Below are positions 9,201 to 16,084 of a DNA stretch of 59,939 nucleotides, one piece after another. Source of the stretch: an uncultured Desulfobacterales bacterium (GTDB taxonomy: Bacteria > Desulfobacterota > Desulfobacteria > Desulfobacterales > Desulfococcaceae); NCBI GenBank assembly GCA_964534335.1, contig CAZHPS010000001.1, positions 1 to 59,939 of the forward strand, in the 5' to 3' direction. The position numbers were made by a program, and so were the translations under genes. The first letter of the stretch is position 1; every line of letters starts with the position of its first letter. The notes beneath the pieces were generated by a model. It had not been told where the DNA came from. It saw only the letters and a list, made by a program, of their open reading frames with translations, and made no database searches.

Positions 9201-10120
9201 ATCTGTCTCTGCTAAACGGTGATGATATTTATGAACAAAATGACACCATCTCGTATGCTTGGTATCCCGGAACAAACTGGGAGCGACAATGGCTGCATAG
9301 CATTTATGGAAGATCTGTACAAAGAGATGAGGATTGGTATAGAATTGATGTTACAGGTGGTTATGAACGTCTGCTGATTAATTGCAAATTTAACCATGAA
9401 GATGGTGACATTGATATTTCCCTTTATAATTCAAACGGTTCTCTTTTAAAATCTTCAAGAAGTTATGATGATGAAGAATTTATTGATTATACTGTGCCGT
9501 CTTCAGGAACATACTATGTGAAAGTGTTTTATGGAAATGGCGGGAATTCTTATGATCTTTGGTGGGATGATGTATCGCCGTCTTCCGGTGATGACGCTTA
9601 TGAAGAGAATGATACTTTGCAGACAGCATATGATATTAGTTCAAAGGAGACAGTATGGTTATCCAATATTAATGGGTTAGGTATTCAGGCGGATAGTGAC
9701 TGGTACAAAATTGCTGTAACACCTGGATATGAAAAGGTTCAGATAGATTGCAGATTCACACATTCTGATGGTGATATAGATGTCTCTTTCTATGATTCAA
9801 CCGGTAATTTTATTACATCCTCAAGAAGCACTGACAATGATGAATTTATCAACTATACAGTTCCAAATTCCGGAACATACTACATTAAGGTGTTTTATGG
9901 AAATACAGGAAATACTTATAATCTATGGTGGGATGATTTAAAAAACAGTATAGGCGATATAAATGGATTAGATGGTGTCAATCTGGCTGATGCCATAATT
10001 GGTTTAAAGATTTTAGCTGGAATAAATTACAGTAATATAAGCATGGGAGCGGATGTAAACAACGATGGCAAAATTGGTATGGAGGAAATTATATATATAT
10101 TGAATACACTTTCTCAATAA
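6251..10120 (+). CDS. Secreted multidomain protein: signal peptide, streptopain-type (C10) cysteine peptidase with propeptide, CarboxypepD_reg-like domain, 6 PPC (pre-peptidase C-terminal) repeats, C-terminal dockerin-like module
   Basis: Signal peptide plus SD GGAGGAAG. C10 hallmarks are QSRWSQG...CGCVATAMSQIMRFF (Cys) and GGHAIVADGYG (His). GRVTDVNGNPLQGASVFA marks the CarboxypepD_reg-like domain. Six repeats of about 118 aa follow, of the form DDxYExND...DxDWYKI...GDIDIxLY...GxYYIxV...YDLWWDD. The end carries DINGLDGVNLADAI / DVNNDGKIGMEEII, which are dockerin Ca-binding loops. Confidence 0.8.
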   Translation: MKRAKLIISIFFIWLICMVNMLAAQTTTKEQAETIAANLLTLDSTPLSATLSTAIEKTETFYDADGINPIYYVISLSPAGYIIISADDLIEPVIAFSSTGVFDLSAENPIISLLLNDLSSRISEQIELNLDKRLTGRGRITPSSQKANEKWTFLLNYDASLDYGLSTINDPRVTPLIQSRWSQGTVSGNYCYNYYTPNHYPCGCVATAMSQIMRFFNHPNTGVGTPSFNIYVDGVSQSRKLRGGNGSGGVYNWTSMPLVPTSTSTATQLQAIGTLTHDAGVSVNMSYTDSGSGTDTRKAADAFVNTFDYSNAIKGYNNGNTIVSSDLNKMINSNLNAGIPVMLGITGTAGGHAIVADGYGYHLSSLYHHLNMGWSGSDDAWYNLPNIDSNPSFTSVYKCVYNIYNSGTGEIISGRVTDVNGNPLQGASVFATRSGGGTYSDVSDANGLYAFPRISSDSSYTISATKSGYTFTSQNVSIQKSVNNTSVTNLWEVNFAAGGITDDAYENNDTLATAYDLSTKEIIWLSNINGLGIQADSDWYKISVTAGYERVLIDCRFAHSSGDIDIQLYNASGSLLTSSRSLNNNEFIDYKVSSSGIYYIRVFYGNAGNTYDLWWDDLQPPVADDNYEENDTMATAYDLSNSETVWLSSINGYGIQGDDDWYKIYITTGYERLLLNCNFTHTDGNIDIAVYNSAGTLIRSSTTLTDNETIDFLLPASGTYYIRVYNGNARNTYNLQWDDLIASSADDTYEQNDFIDESYDFSNRENTWLHTIDGYGIQSDDDWFKIDVTSGFQRVLVDCRFFHADGDIDITLYDASGNYLTSSNSITDDEFIDYTVSGAGTYYIKVYYDDAGNTYDLWWDDISPTSGDDAYEPNDTYSSAWTNGTNWEQKWLHRVNGWAIQWDNDWYKIDVTSGYERLFIECLFSDTDGDIDIALYDSYGNILTSSRGIEDEEFIDYTVSSSGSYYIKVYYDNAGNTYDLWWDDLSLLNGDDIYEQNDTISYAWYPGTNWERQWLHSIYGRSVQRDEDWYRIDVTGGYERLLINCKFNHEDGDIDISLYNSNGSLLKSSRSYDDEEFIDYTVPSSGTYYVKVFYGNGGNSYDLWWDDVSPSSGDDAYEENDTLQTAYDISSKETVWLSNINGLGIQADSDWYKIAVTPGYEKVQIDCRFTHSDGDIDVSFYDSTGNFITSSRSTDNDEFINYTVPNSGTYYIKVFYGNTGNTYNLWWDDLKNSIGDINGLDGVNLADAIIGLKILAGINYSNISMGADVNNDGKIGMEEIIYILNTLSQ
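7751..9945 (+). repeat. Six in-frame tandem repeats of about 354-366 bp encoding the PPC domains
   Basis: Each unit starts at a GATGAT..TATGAA..AATGA (DDxYExND) boundary. The units are diverged, not identical. Confidence 0.8.
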
Positions 10121-10534
10121 GCAATATTTCAACGGCCCCGCGGAAAAAAATTCCCATTCGCGGGTGCTGGAAGGACTGGGCATAAAGAAGATTTATGAAT
10201 GCGACACCTTACCATCAGGCCGAACTTACGCAACTGCTGCAACAGGCCATGATTCAGCGTAGTTATTGCACCGGCATCCCTGTATGCTGAAATTCCACCG
10301 CAGCCAAAAGAAAAAACTGGATTTAAGCCATCTTTTGCTGAAATTGACAACGCAAATGCAGTCTGAAATACGAGTGCATGAAGGAATTAGTGTGTTCCAG
10401 TTTTGCTGTAGATGAACAGGGAAAGGTTTCGGTCAATGAAGCCTTTTGCATCGGCGATCTGTCCTGTAAACAGGTCAGCCCGAAAACAGCTATTGCCTGG
10501 AAAAAGGAGGAGAACGCATGAAATCCAATGATAT

Positions 10535-10684
10535 TAACGATCTAACTTTGGTTTTTTCGGCATAATTTTTGCAGGGCAGTCAGAACCGGAAATCTGACCT
10601 GAAAAACTCTTTGGACAGGCTGAAAAGGCATGTTCCTGATCAAAGGCAATTTCTGTGCCATAAAAAACCAAAGTTGAAACAGTA
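10535..10684. mobile_element. MITE family S copy 1 (TIR TAnnGATCnAAnTTTGGTTTT...; sigma54-like motif inside each terminus)
   Basis: Termini are inverted copies. cGGCATaatttTTGCA lies at 10558-10573 (+) and TGGCACagaaaTTGCC at 10645-10660 (-). TA follows the right end. Relatives at 37040..37134, 59406..59567 and a remnant at 27375..27409. Confidence 0.6.
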
Positions 10685-10746
10685 TATTTTATTTTTTGGA
10701 AAGTCTTTAAAACTGACTGTCTTTATCTTACATCAGTTTTTTGGAG

Positions 10747-10849
10747 CCCCATCTCCAAAATTTGGAGTTTTCTGCATACAGGAAAAACAGACATTCTGCT
10801 TACTCCAAAATTTGCAGGAAATTTTTAACATAATGATTATTCAGAAAAT
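10747..10849 (+). repeat. About 103-bp dispersed direct repeat, copy 2
   Basis: Aligns base for base with 5518..5619 apart from a few substitutions. Confidence 0.7.
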
Positions 10850-11097
10850 ACAGACAGTATGTCTTATTATTCCAAAAGGCATGAGAGTTTGTGCCGGATT
10901 TTGTCTTTCCCCAGCATGGATTTTTTTTGCACTTTTCACCAACTGCAGGGATTTTGCGTAAGAAAGGATTTCAGAAAATCAGCAATTCCTGAAATAACTA
11001 CAGGGATTTTGCATAAGAAAAGATTTGAGGAAATCAGCAATTCCTGCTCACAAAAAATCCTTTCTTATACAAAATCCTTGCAGCACAATCGGTTCTT

Positions 11098-11113
11098 TGG
11101 CACTGTATTTGCA
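11098..11113 (+). promoter_or_regulatory. sigma54-type promoter motif TGGCACtgtatTTGCA (tandem unit 1)
   Basis: Exact TGGCAC-N5-TTGC. The predicted start site, about 11-12 nt after the GC, falls at the first base of the next hairpin (11123). Confidence 0.45.
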
Positions 11114-11222
11114 TAGGAGTAACTACAAGGATTTTGCATAAGAAAGGATTTGAGGAAATCAGCAATTCCTGCTTACAAAAAATCCTTTCTTATCCAAAAT
11201 CCTTGTAGCACAATCGGTTCTC

Positions 11223-11238
11223 TGGCACTGTATTTGCA
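11223..11238 (+). promoter_or_regulatory. sigma54-type promoter motif TGGCACtgtatTTGCA (tandem unit 2)
   Basis: Exact TGGCAC-N5-TTGC, positioned as in unit 1 relative to the hairpin at 11248. Confidence 0.45.
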
Positions 11239-11347
11239 TAGGAGTAACTACAAGGATTTTGCATAAGAAAGGATTTGAGGAAATCAGCAATTCCTGCTTA
11301 CAAAAAATCCTTTCTTATCCAAAATCCTTGTAGCACAATCGGTTCTT

Positions 11348-11363
11348 TGGCACTGTATTTGCA
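11348..11363 (+). promoter_or_regulatory. sigma54-type promoter motif TGGCACtgtatTTGCA (tandem unit 3)
   Basis: Exact TGGCAC-N5-TTGC. This is the last of the tandem copies. Confidence 0.45.
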
Positions 11364-11423
11364 TGTAAACAAACAAAGCGACTTAAAGTTCTTTGTTGTT
11401 TCTGTCTGAACAAACCGATGCTA

Positions 11424-11439
11424 TGGCATAATACTTGCA
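11424..11439 (+). promoter_or_regulatory. sigma54-type promoter motif TGGCATaatacTTGCA, proximal to the PEP-CTERM gene
   Basis: Matches TGGCAY-N5-TTGC, lies outside the tandem units, and sits about 350 nt upstream of the 11791 start. Confidence 0.4.
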
Positions 11440-11491
11440 TATACAAAACCAAGTGGAAACGCCAAATCCTCTGCAAAGCGGAACAGAAAAG

Positions 11492-11575
11492 CAGGTGTCT
11501 GTTACAGACAGTCGCTTTTTAAGAATTTAAGAACAGGTGTCTGTTACAGACAGCCGCTTTTTAAGAATTTAAGAA
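11492..11575 (+). repeat. 2 x 42-bp tandem repeat, each containing the palindrome TGTCTGT-T-ACAGACA
   Basis: Units at 11492..11533 and 11534..11575 differ at one base. Located in the leader between the promoter motifs and the riboswitch-like element. Confidence 0.8.
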
Positions 11576-11701
11576 ATTGACAATATAATAAGGAGGTGTA
11601 CTGGCACTAACGCAATGGAGTAAGACCGTAAGTTTTTGTTTTGTGTGTTTCTGTTTACGTGCATTATTGTCTTTTTTGATATTTCATTTTATTTATTTTT
11701 T

Positions 11702-11776
11702 GAAAAAGCCAAACTCATCGTGAGGTGAGGACGGAAAGCTACGGGTCTTAATGGGTAAGACAGCCGGGTTGCCGAA
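11702..11776 (+). ncRNA. Candidate c-di-GMP-I (GEMM-I) riboswitch
   Basis: GCCAAAC is followed by the hairpin CUCAUC-GUGA-GGUGAG, which has a GNRA tetraloop. Then come GGACGGAAAGCUACGGGUC, the hairpin GUCUUA-AUGGG-UAAGAC, and CAGCCGGGUUGCCGA. From memory, this parallels Vc2 segments GGCAAACC, GGGACGCAAAGCCUCCGGCC and GGUAGCGGGGUUACCGA. It sits immediately 5' of the SD AAGGAGG and the ATG at 11791. Confidence 0.55.
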
Positions 11777-11790
11777 TTAAGGAGGCAGCT

Positions 11791-12399
11791 ATGAAAAAGT
11801 TTTTGATTTCAATTTGTATGGTGGTTTTGGTTTTTGGTCTTGTAAATAATGCAAATGCTTTAAGTTATTATATAAGCGATGTTGTTGCTGAGTATGAGTA
11901 TAGTGGAACGTATTTGTTTACTGTTACAAATCCCAATAATGATCCGGGAGTGACAGGGAATTTTGAAGAAGATAATCTTGAAGCAGCTTTGGAATCCTGG
12001 TTTACTGCTAATGCCTATGCAGCTAAAGATGTTGAATTAACCTATTACGATAGGGTTGATTATCCGGACATGGCCTCATCTTTAATGTCTGTGGAGTATG
12101 ATGAATCCCCTCGTGGAACTTGGTCTACCGGTGATCAGGCAATAGAATATTACACGGTTAAAGCTTCAACTGGATACGCAATTTACTGGCTTGGTGAACA
12201 AGGAGCATCTTCCGGGAATTGGACAACAGAGCATTTACTGGCTGGCAAGAATGGAAATATTCCCACAGTATCGCATCTGACCACTTTCAATCCTATTGGC
12301 GATCCCGGAACAAACCCGGTTCCTGAGCCCGCCACCATGTTCCTGCTTGGCAGCGGACTGGTCGGTGCCGGTGTTTTCAGACGGAAAAGAAGCAAATAG
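11791..12399 (+). CDS. Secreted PEP-CTERM sorting-domain protein
   Basis: N-terminal signal peptide. The C-terminus VPEPATMFLLGSGLVGAGVFRRKRSK has the PEP motif, a TM helix and a basic tail. Strong SD. Confidence 0.85.
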   Translation: MKKFLISICMVVLVFGLVNNANALSYYISDVVAEYEYSGTYLFTVTNPNNDPGVTGNFEEDNLEAALESWFTANAYAAKDVELTYYDRVDYPDMASSLMSVEYDESPRGTWSTGDQAIEYYTVKASTGYAIYWLGEQGASSGNWTTEHLLAGKNGNIPTVSHLTTFNPIGDPGTNPVPEPATMFLLGSGLVGAGVFRRKRSK

Positions 12400-12450
12400 T
12401 CTTACGCTTTGCAATTGCCATTTGATTTGAATTTGATTTGAAACAAAAAA

Positions 12451-12482
12451 GACAAAGTCCTTACGGGCTTTGTCTTTTTTTT
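12451..12482. terminator. Bidirectional rho-independent terminator
   Basis: GACAAAGTCC-TTAC-GGGCTTTGTC stem-loop flanked by an A-run upstream and T8 downstream, between convergent genes. Confidence 0.75.
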
Positions 12483-12492
12483 GCACCTTTTT

Positions 12493-14178
12493 TCATATCT
12501 TCCACCTGTCCAGCATTTTTCTCACAGTTCCCAGCAGTTGCTCAGATGTATGGGGTTTGGGAATAAGTTTTGCGTTTTCTTCCGGCACAAGTTCTGACAG
12601 GGGCGTGTCAAAACTGTAACCGGTGGTGAAAATAACCGGTAAACCTCTGTTGATCTTATGAATCACCTCAAAAACCGCCCTTCCGTTTTTTCCCGGCATG
12701 ACCATATCCAGCAAAGCAAGATCAATCCTGTCCGCATTCAGCATGAAAATACGGACGGCTTCGTCTCCGTCATTGGCAGCAAGCACACGGTATCCTGCAT
12801 TTTCAAGCAGATGAATATCCATTTGACGAACCTGTGCATCATCTTCTGCCACCAGAATGGTTTCGCCTTTTCCTGTCAGCGACTGCGCATTTTCAGATAA
12901 TTTGCTTTTTTTTTCCGGGCCTGTGGCCGAAGGCAGGCTGATTTGAAACCGGGTTCCTTTTCCCGGTTCACTGGAAAAACTGATGCTTCCCTTATGCTGT
13001 TCAATAATGGCATACACAGTTGCCAGACCAAGCCCTGTTCCCTTTCCCACCTCTTTTGTGGTAAAAAAAGGTTCAAAAACGCGATCCTGAATCTCACGCG
13101 CAATTCCGCAGCCTGTATCAGATACGGAAAAAATCACATTTTCTCCCTGCGGTTCTGTCTGTCCATCTGCAACTGTCTGCTTTTCAATCTTTTCCGTTCC
13201 GGTTTCTATGGTAATGCTGCCGCCATCAGGCATGGCATCCCTGGCATTGACGCAGAGATTGATCAGAACCTGTTCCATCTGAACAGGATCAGCATAAACC
13301 TGGGGGAGAGGAGTATCACATTTCAGTATCAGCCGGATATGCGCCCCGATCAGACGCCGGAGCATATTCACCAGATTCTGGATCAACCGGTTCATATCCA
13401 GATACCGGGGTTTGGGTGCCTCTTTTCTGCTGAAGGTCAGCAACTGCCGCACAAGGGATCTGGCCCGATCCACTGCTTTCATGATTTCACAGATGTATTT
13501 CCGGACCGGAGCATCCGGCGCAGTCTGCAACTGCATCAGATCCCCGTTTCCCTGAATCACCTGCAGCAGATTGTTGAAATCATGGGCCACACCGCCTGCC
13601 AGTTGCCCAACAGCCTCCATTTTCTGGGAATGGCGCAGCCGTGCTTCCAGCAGGGCATGTTCTTCCTGTGCCCGTTTGCGTTCCGTAATGTCACGGGCCA
13701 CCACCATAGCAAAAATTCTGTCCTCAATCCTGTGAAAGCCCACACTCATTTCCACAGGAATCTGTTTTCCTGTAACAGAAAGCAGATCCGCTTCAATTGT
13801 CCTGCCCTGGCCTGAAATAAGCAAATTGCCTGAAAACAGTTCCCTGACCATCTGCCATGCCGGAGATGAAAGGATGTTTTTCAGGAAAAGCGGGGAGTTA
13901 TCATCATGTATCTGCCCAATAAAGATTTCAGCCCTTGCATTCATATCCAGCACCCGTCCCGAAGGAACCTCAGTCCAGAACAGAGCATCTGCGCTGTGGT
14001 CAAGCAGCAGGCGCAGCCGTTCCAGTTCCCGCAGCCGCTGCTGAAGCTGGGGATAGTAGCTTTTCTGATGTGAACTTTCCCCCAGACCCAGCACCTGGCG
14101 GCGCAACTGTTCTTTGCTGTCTTTTTCGTCAGAGGGCCTTTGCATACAGTTTTTCCATATCAAGAATGTCCGGGTCAC
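12493..14178 (-). CDS. Hybrid sensor histidine kinase (PAS - HisKA - HATPase_c - receiver)
   Basis: H-box [16 protein letters not shown] boxes ([24 protein letters not shown]) and a C-terminal receiver (ILVAEDD...[11 protein letters not shown]). The ORF-track start is GTG; the ATG at 14145 is an alternative. Confidence 0.85.
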   Translation of the reverse strand: MTRTFLIWKNCMQRPSDEKDSKEQLRRQVLGLGESSHQKSYYPQLQQRLRELERLRLLLDHSADALFWTEVPSGRVLDMNARAEIFIGQIHDDNSPLFLKNILSSPAWQMVRELFSGNLLISGQGRTIEADLLSVTGKQIPVEMSVGFHRIEDRIFAMVVARDITERKRAQEEHALLEARLRHSQKMEAVGQLAGGVAHDFNNLLQVIQGNGDLMQLQTAPDAPVRKYICEIMKAVDRARSLVRQLLTFSRKEAPKPRYLDMNRLIQNLVNMLRRLIGAHIRLILKCDTPLPQVYADPVQMEQVLINLCVNARDAMPDGGSITIETGTEKIEKQTVADGQTEPQGENVIFSVSDTGCGIAREIQDRVFEPFFTTKEVGKGTGLGLATVYAIIEQHKGSISFSSEPGKGTRFQISLPSATGPEKKSKLSENAQSLTGKGETILVAEDDAQVRQMDIHLLENAGYRVLAANDGDEAVRIFMLNADRIDLALLDMVMPGKNGRAVFEVIHKINRGLPVIFTTGYSFDTPLSELVPEENAKLIPKPHTSEQLLGTVRKMLDRWKI

Positions 14179-15295
14179 GGGGATTGGTCAGAATGCAGGG
14201 GTCCTGCATGGCATTTACAGCCAGCCGGGGAATATCATCTGGCCGAATCCCCAATTCTCCCAGTGACTGATCTATGCCCAGGGATTTCAGAAGTGATCGG
14301 ATGGCATTCAGAATGGCCTCTTTGCACTCATCCGGTTTTTCTTCATTCATATTCAGATTCATGGCCTTTCCCATCCGGATATAGGATTCTTCTGCGGCCC
14401 CGAAATTATACTCCACAACATGGGGCAGAAGAATTGCATTGCATTTTCCGTGGGGAATATCCCTGTATCCGCCCAGGCTGTGGGCCATTGCATGAACCGC
14501 GCCCAAGCTGGCATTGGAAAAGGCCAGACCGGCAAAAAGACTGGCCTGCATCATGCCTTTGCGGAATTCCTCACTGCGGGGATTTTCACAGGCCCCTTTC
14601 AGATTTCTGCACACCAGCCGCACGGCTTCCAAAGCATGAAGATCGGTTATGGCAGAATTCGCATTTGAAACAAGTGCTTCTGCTGCATGGACAAACGCGT
14701 CCATGCCTGTGGCCGCAGTCAGTTCGTGATCCATCGTGAATGTGGTTTCCGGATCAATAAGGGAGACATCCGGAACCAGCACCTTGCTGACAATAGCCAT
14801 TTTGACCCTGCGCAGCGTGTCTGTGATAATGGCAAACTGGGAAACATCAGCAGCAGAGCCTGCGGTGGTGGGAATGCAGATCAGCGGCGGACAGGGCACT
14901 GGAATTTTGTCAACCCCTTCATAATCACTGATATGCCCTTTGTTGGCGCATACAATGCCGATTCCCTTCGCACAGTCCATGGGACTTCCGCCACCCAGAG
15001 CCACAATTGCATCACAGGCTTCTTTGCGGTAGATTTCCGCGCCGGTCATAACCTCGCTGTCTTTGGGATTGGGCGTAACCTGTGAAAAAACAGTGTATTT
15101 CACCCCGGTCTGATCAAGAATCCGGGCAATATCCCCGGCCCATCCTGCTGCGGACACGCCAGGGTCAGTTACCAGCATGGGTCTCCTGATTTCATAGATT
15201 TTCAGATAATTGTCCAAAAGAAACCTGGCCCCTGTTCCAAAAACGAATTCCGGGGCAACAAATTTTCTGAGTCTGTCCACATTGACATTATTCAT
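14129..15295 (-). CDS. Iron-containing (group III) alcohol dehydrogenase
   Basis: GGGSPMDCAKG and the HAMAHSLGG metal-binding His motif, at the typical length of 388 aa. Confidence 0.85.
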   Translation of the reverse strand: MNNVNVDRLRKFVAPEFVFGTGARFLLDNYLKIYEIRRPMLVTDPGVSAAGWAGDIARILDQTGVKYTVFSQVTPNPKDSEVMTGAEIYRKEACDAIVALGGGSPMDCAKGIGIVCANKGHISDYEGVDKIPVPCPPLICIPTTAGSAADVSQFAIITDTLRRVKMAIVSKVLVPDVSLIDPETTFTMDHELTAATGMDAFVHAAEALVSNANSAITDLHALEAVRLVCRNLKGACENPRSEEFRKGMMQASLFAGLAFSNASLGAVHAMAHSLGGYRDIPHGKCNAILLPHVVEYNFGAAEESYIRMGKAMNLNMNEEKPDECKEAILNAIRSLLKSLGIDQSLGELGIRPDDIPRLAVNAMQDPCILTNPRDPDILDMEKLYAKAL

Positions 15296-15413
15296 TCAGG
15301 CCATCCTTTTCATTAAAAGATTATTCTGCTGTTTTCTGCGTTTCTTTGGGAAAGGAAGCGAACACGGAAATTTTTCTGACATACGCTTTCAGCATGGAAC
15401 TGTCTCTGATTTA

Positions 15414-15521
15414 AGTGATTTCCGGAAAAGAATATCCCGCCAAAGCTGCATAAGCTTCCGGACTGTTCCCTGTTCCCTGTGCCTGTGAACTGAACCGGGA
15501 TATTTATTTTCATAAATCACT
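15414..15521 (+). mobile_element. MITE family R1 copy 2
   Basis: Aligns with 54..154 and has the same termini. Confidence 0.6.
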
Positions 15522-15619
15522 TTAAGTTCTTCCTTCATATCCTTCAGCCCGGATTCAAGAATTTTCAGTTTTTTGCAGCAATGAGGAACTGATAATTACG
15601 CACCTTCTGTATTCCCTGT

Positions 15620-15865
15620 TTGTCCGGAATGTTCATCAGTATCCAGTCAGGAACTGATGATATGCAATCACAGTACATCAGTCAACCGGCTTTTGAAAAA
15701 GAAGAAAAATGTTTTAATCTGGCAAAAATGCGGAGGGTAGTGGAAAGGACATTCGCATGGATATTCAACCTCCGCCGGAATTTGAAGGATTATGAAATTC
15801 TCACACGGAAAAGCGGTTTTTTTTGGGGGAACCTGAATTTTTTGATGCGCGAAAATTTTCGCTGA
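15620..15865 (+). pseudogene. IS5-family DDE transposase, C-terminal fragment only
   Basis: RRVVERTFAWIFNLRRNLKDYE matches the IS5-family C-terminal signature RWxVERTFAWLxxxRRLxKDYE. No N-terminal or catalytic part is present upstream. Confidence 0.65.
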
Positions 15866-15897
15866 CTTACTTATTCAGTAATGCCGTTCTCATTATT

Positions 15898-15932
15898 CCC
15901 AGCCCTGCAAATCAGGGCTGGGATTTCTTTTT
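15898..15932 (+). terminator. Rho-independent terminator-like hairpin
   Basis: CCCAGCCCTG-CAAAT-CAGGGCTGGG followed by ATTTCTTTTT. Confidence 0.55.
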
Positions 15933-15992
15933 GTCTGAACCCGGATTTAGAGGATTAAGCCGGATATTCCTTTATTTCTGAACCCGGATTAA

Positions 15993-16084
15993 GGGTTTGT
16001 AAAAAATATCCCATTTCAGTTTACAGGCACAGTCCGGAAGCTTATGCTGCGCTTTGACGGGATATTCTTTTCTGGAAATCACCT
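15993..16084 (-). mobile_element. MITE family R1 copy 3 (inverted, one terminus degenerate)
   Basis: Reverse complement of the 54..154 family. It abuts the stop codon of the HAD hydrolase gene. Confidence 0.55.

Larger units (their letters stand above)
10998..11364 (+). repeat. Three tandem 125-bp units (10998, 11123, 11248), each an 86-nt hairpin with a 29-bp stem plus a sigma54 promoter motif; a truncated half unit lies at 10944..10997
   Basis: Units 2 and 3 are nearly identical. The left arm CTACAAGGATTTTGCATAAGAAAGGATTT pairs with AAAATCCTTTCTTATCCAAAATCCTTGTAG with one mismatch. There are no unique spacers, so this is not CRISPR-like. Confidence 0.85.

Noticed and set aside
10129-10530. 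Possible gene fragments downstream of the C10 gene (73-aa minus ORF; plus-frame ...FAVDEQGKVSVNEAFCIGDLSCKQVSPKTAIAWKKEENA, a degenerate ferredoxin-like CxxCxxCxxxCP pattern)
   Set aside because: Only short, stop-interrupted pieces remain, with the key Cys residues replaced. There is no start or SD. At best it is a decayed remnant and is too weak to annotate.
10998-11364. Possible CRISPR array, because of regularly spaced repeats in a long non-coding region
   Set aside because: The whole 125-bp unit is repeated, with no unique spacers between short repeats. There are only three copies and no cas genes nearby. It is better explained as a tandem promoter/hairpin module.
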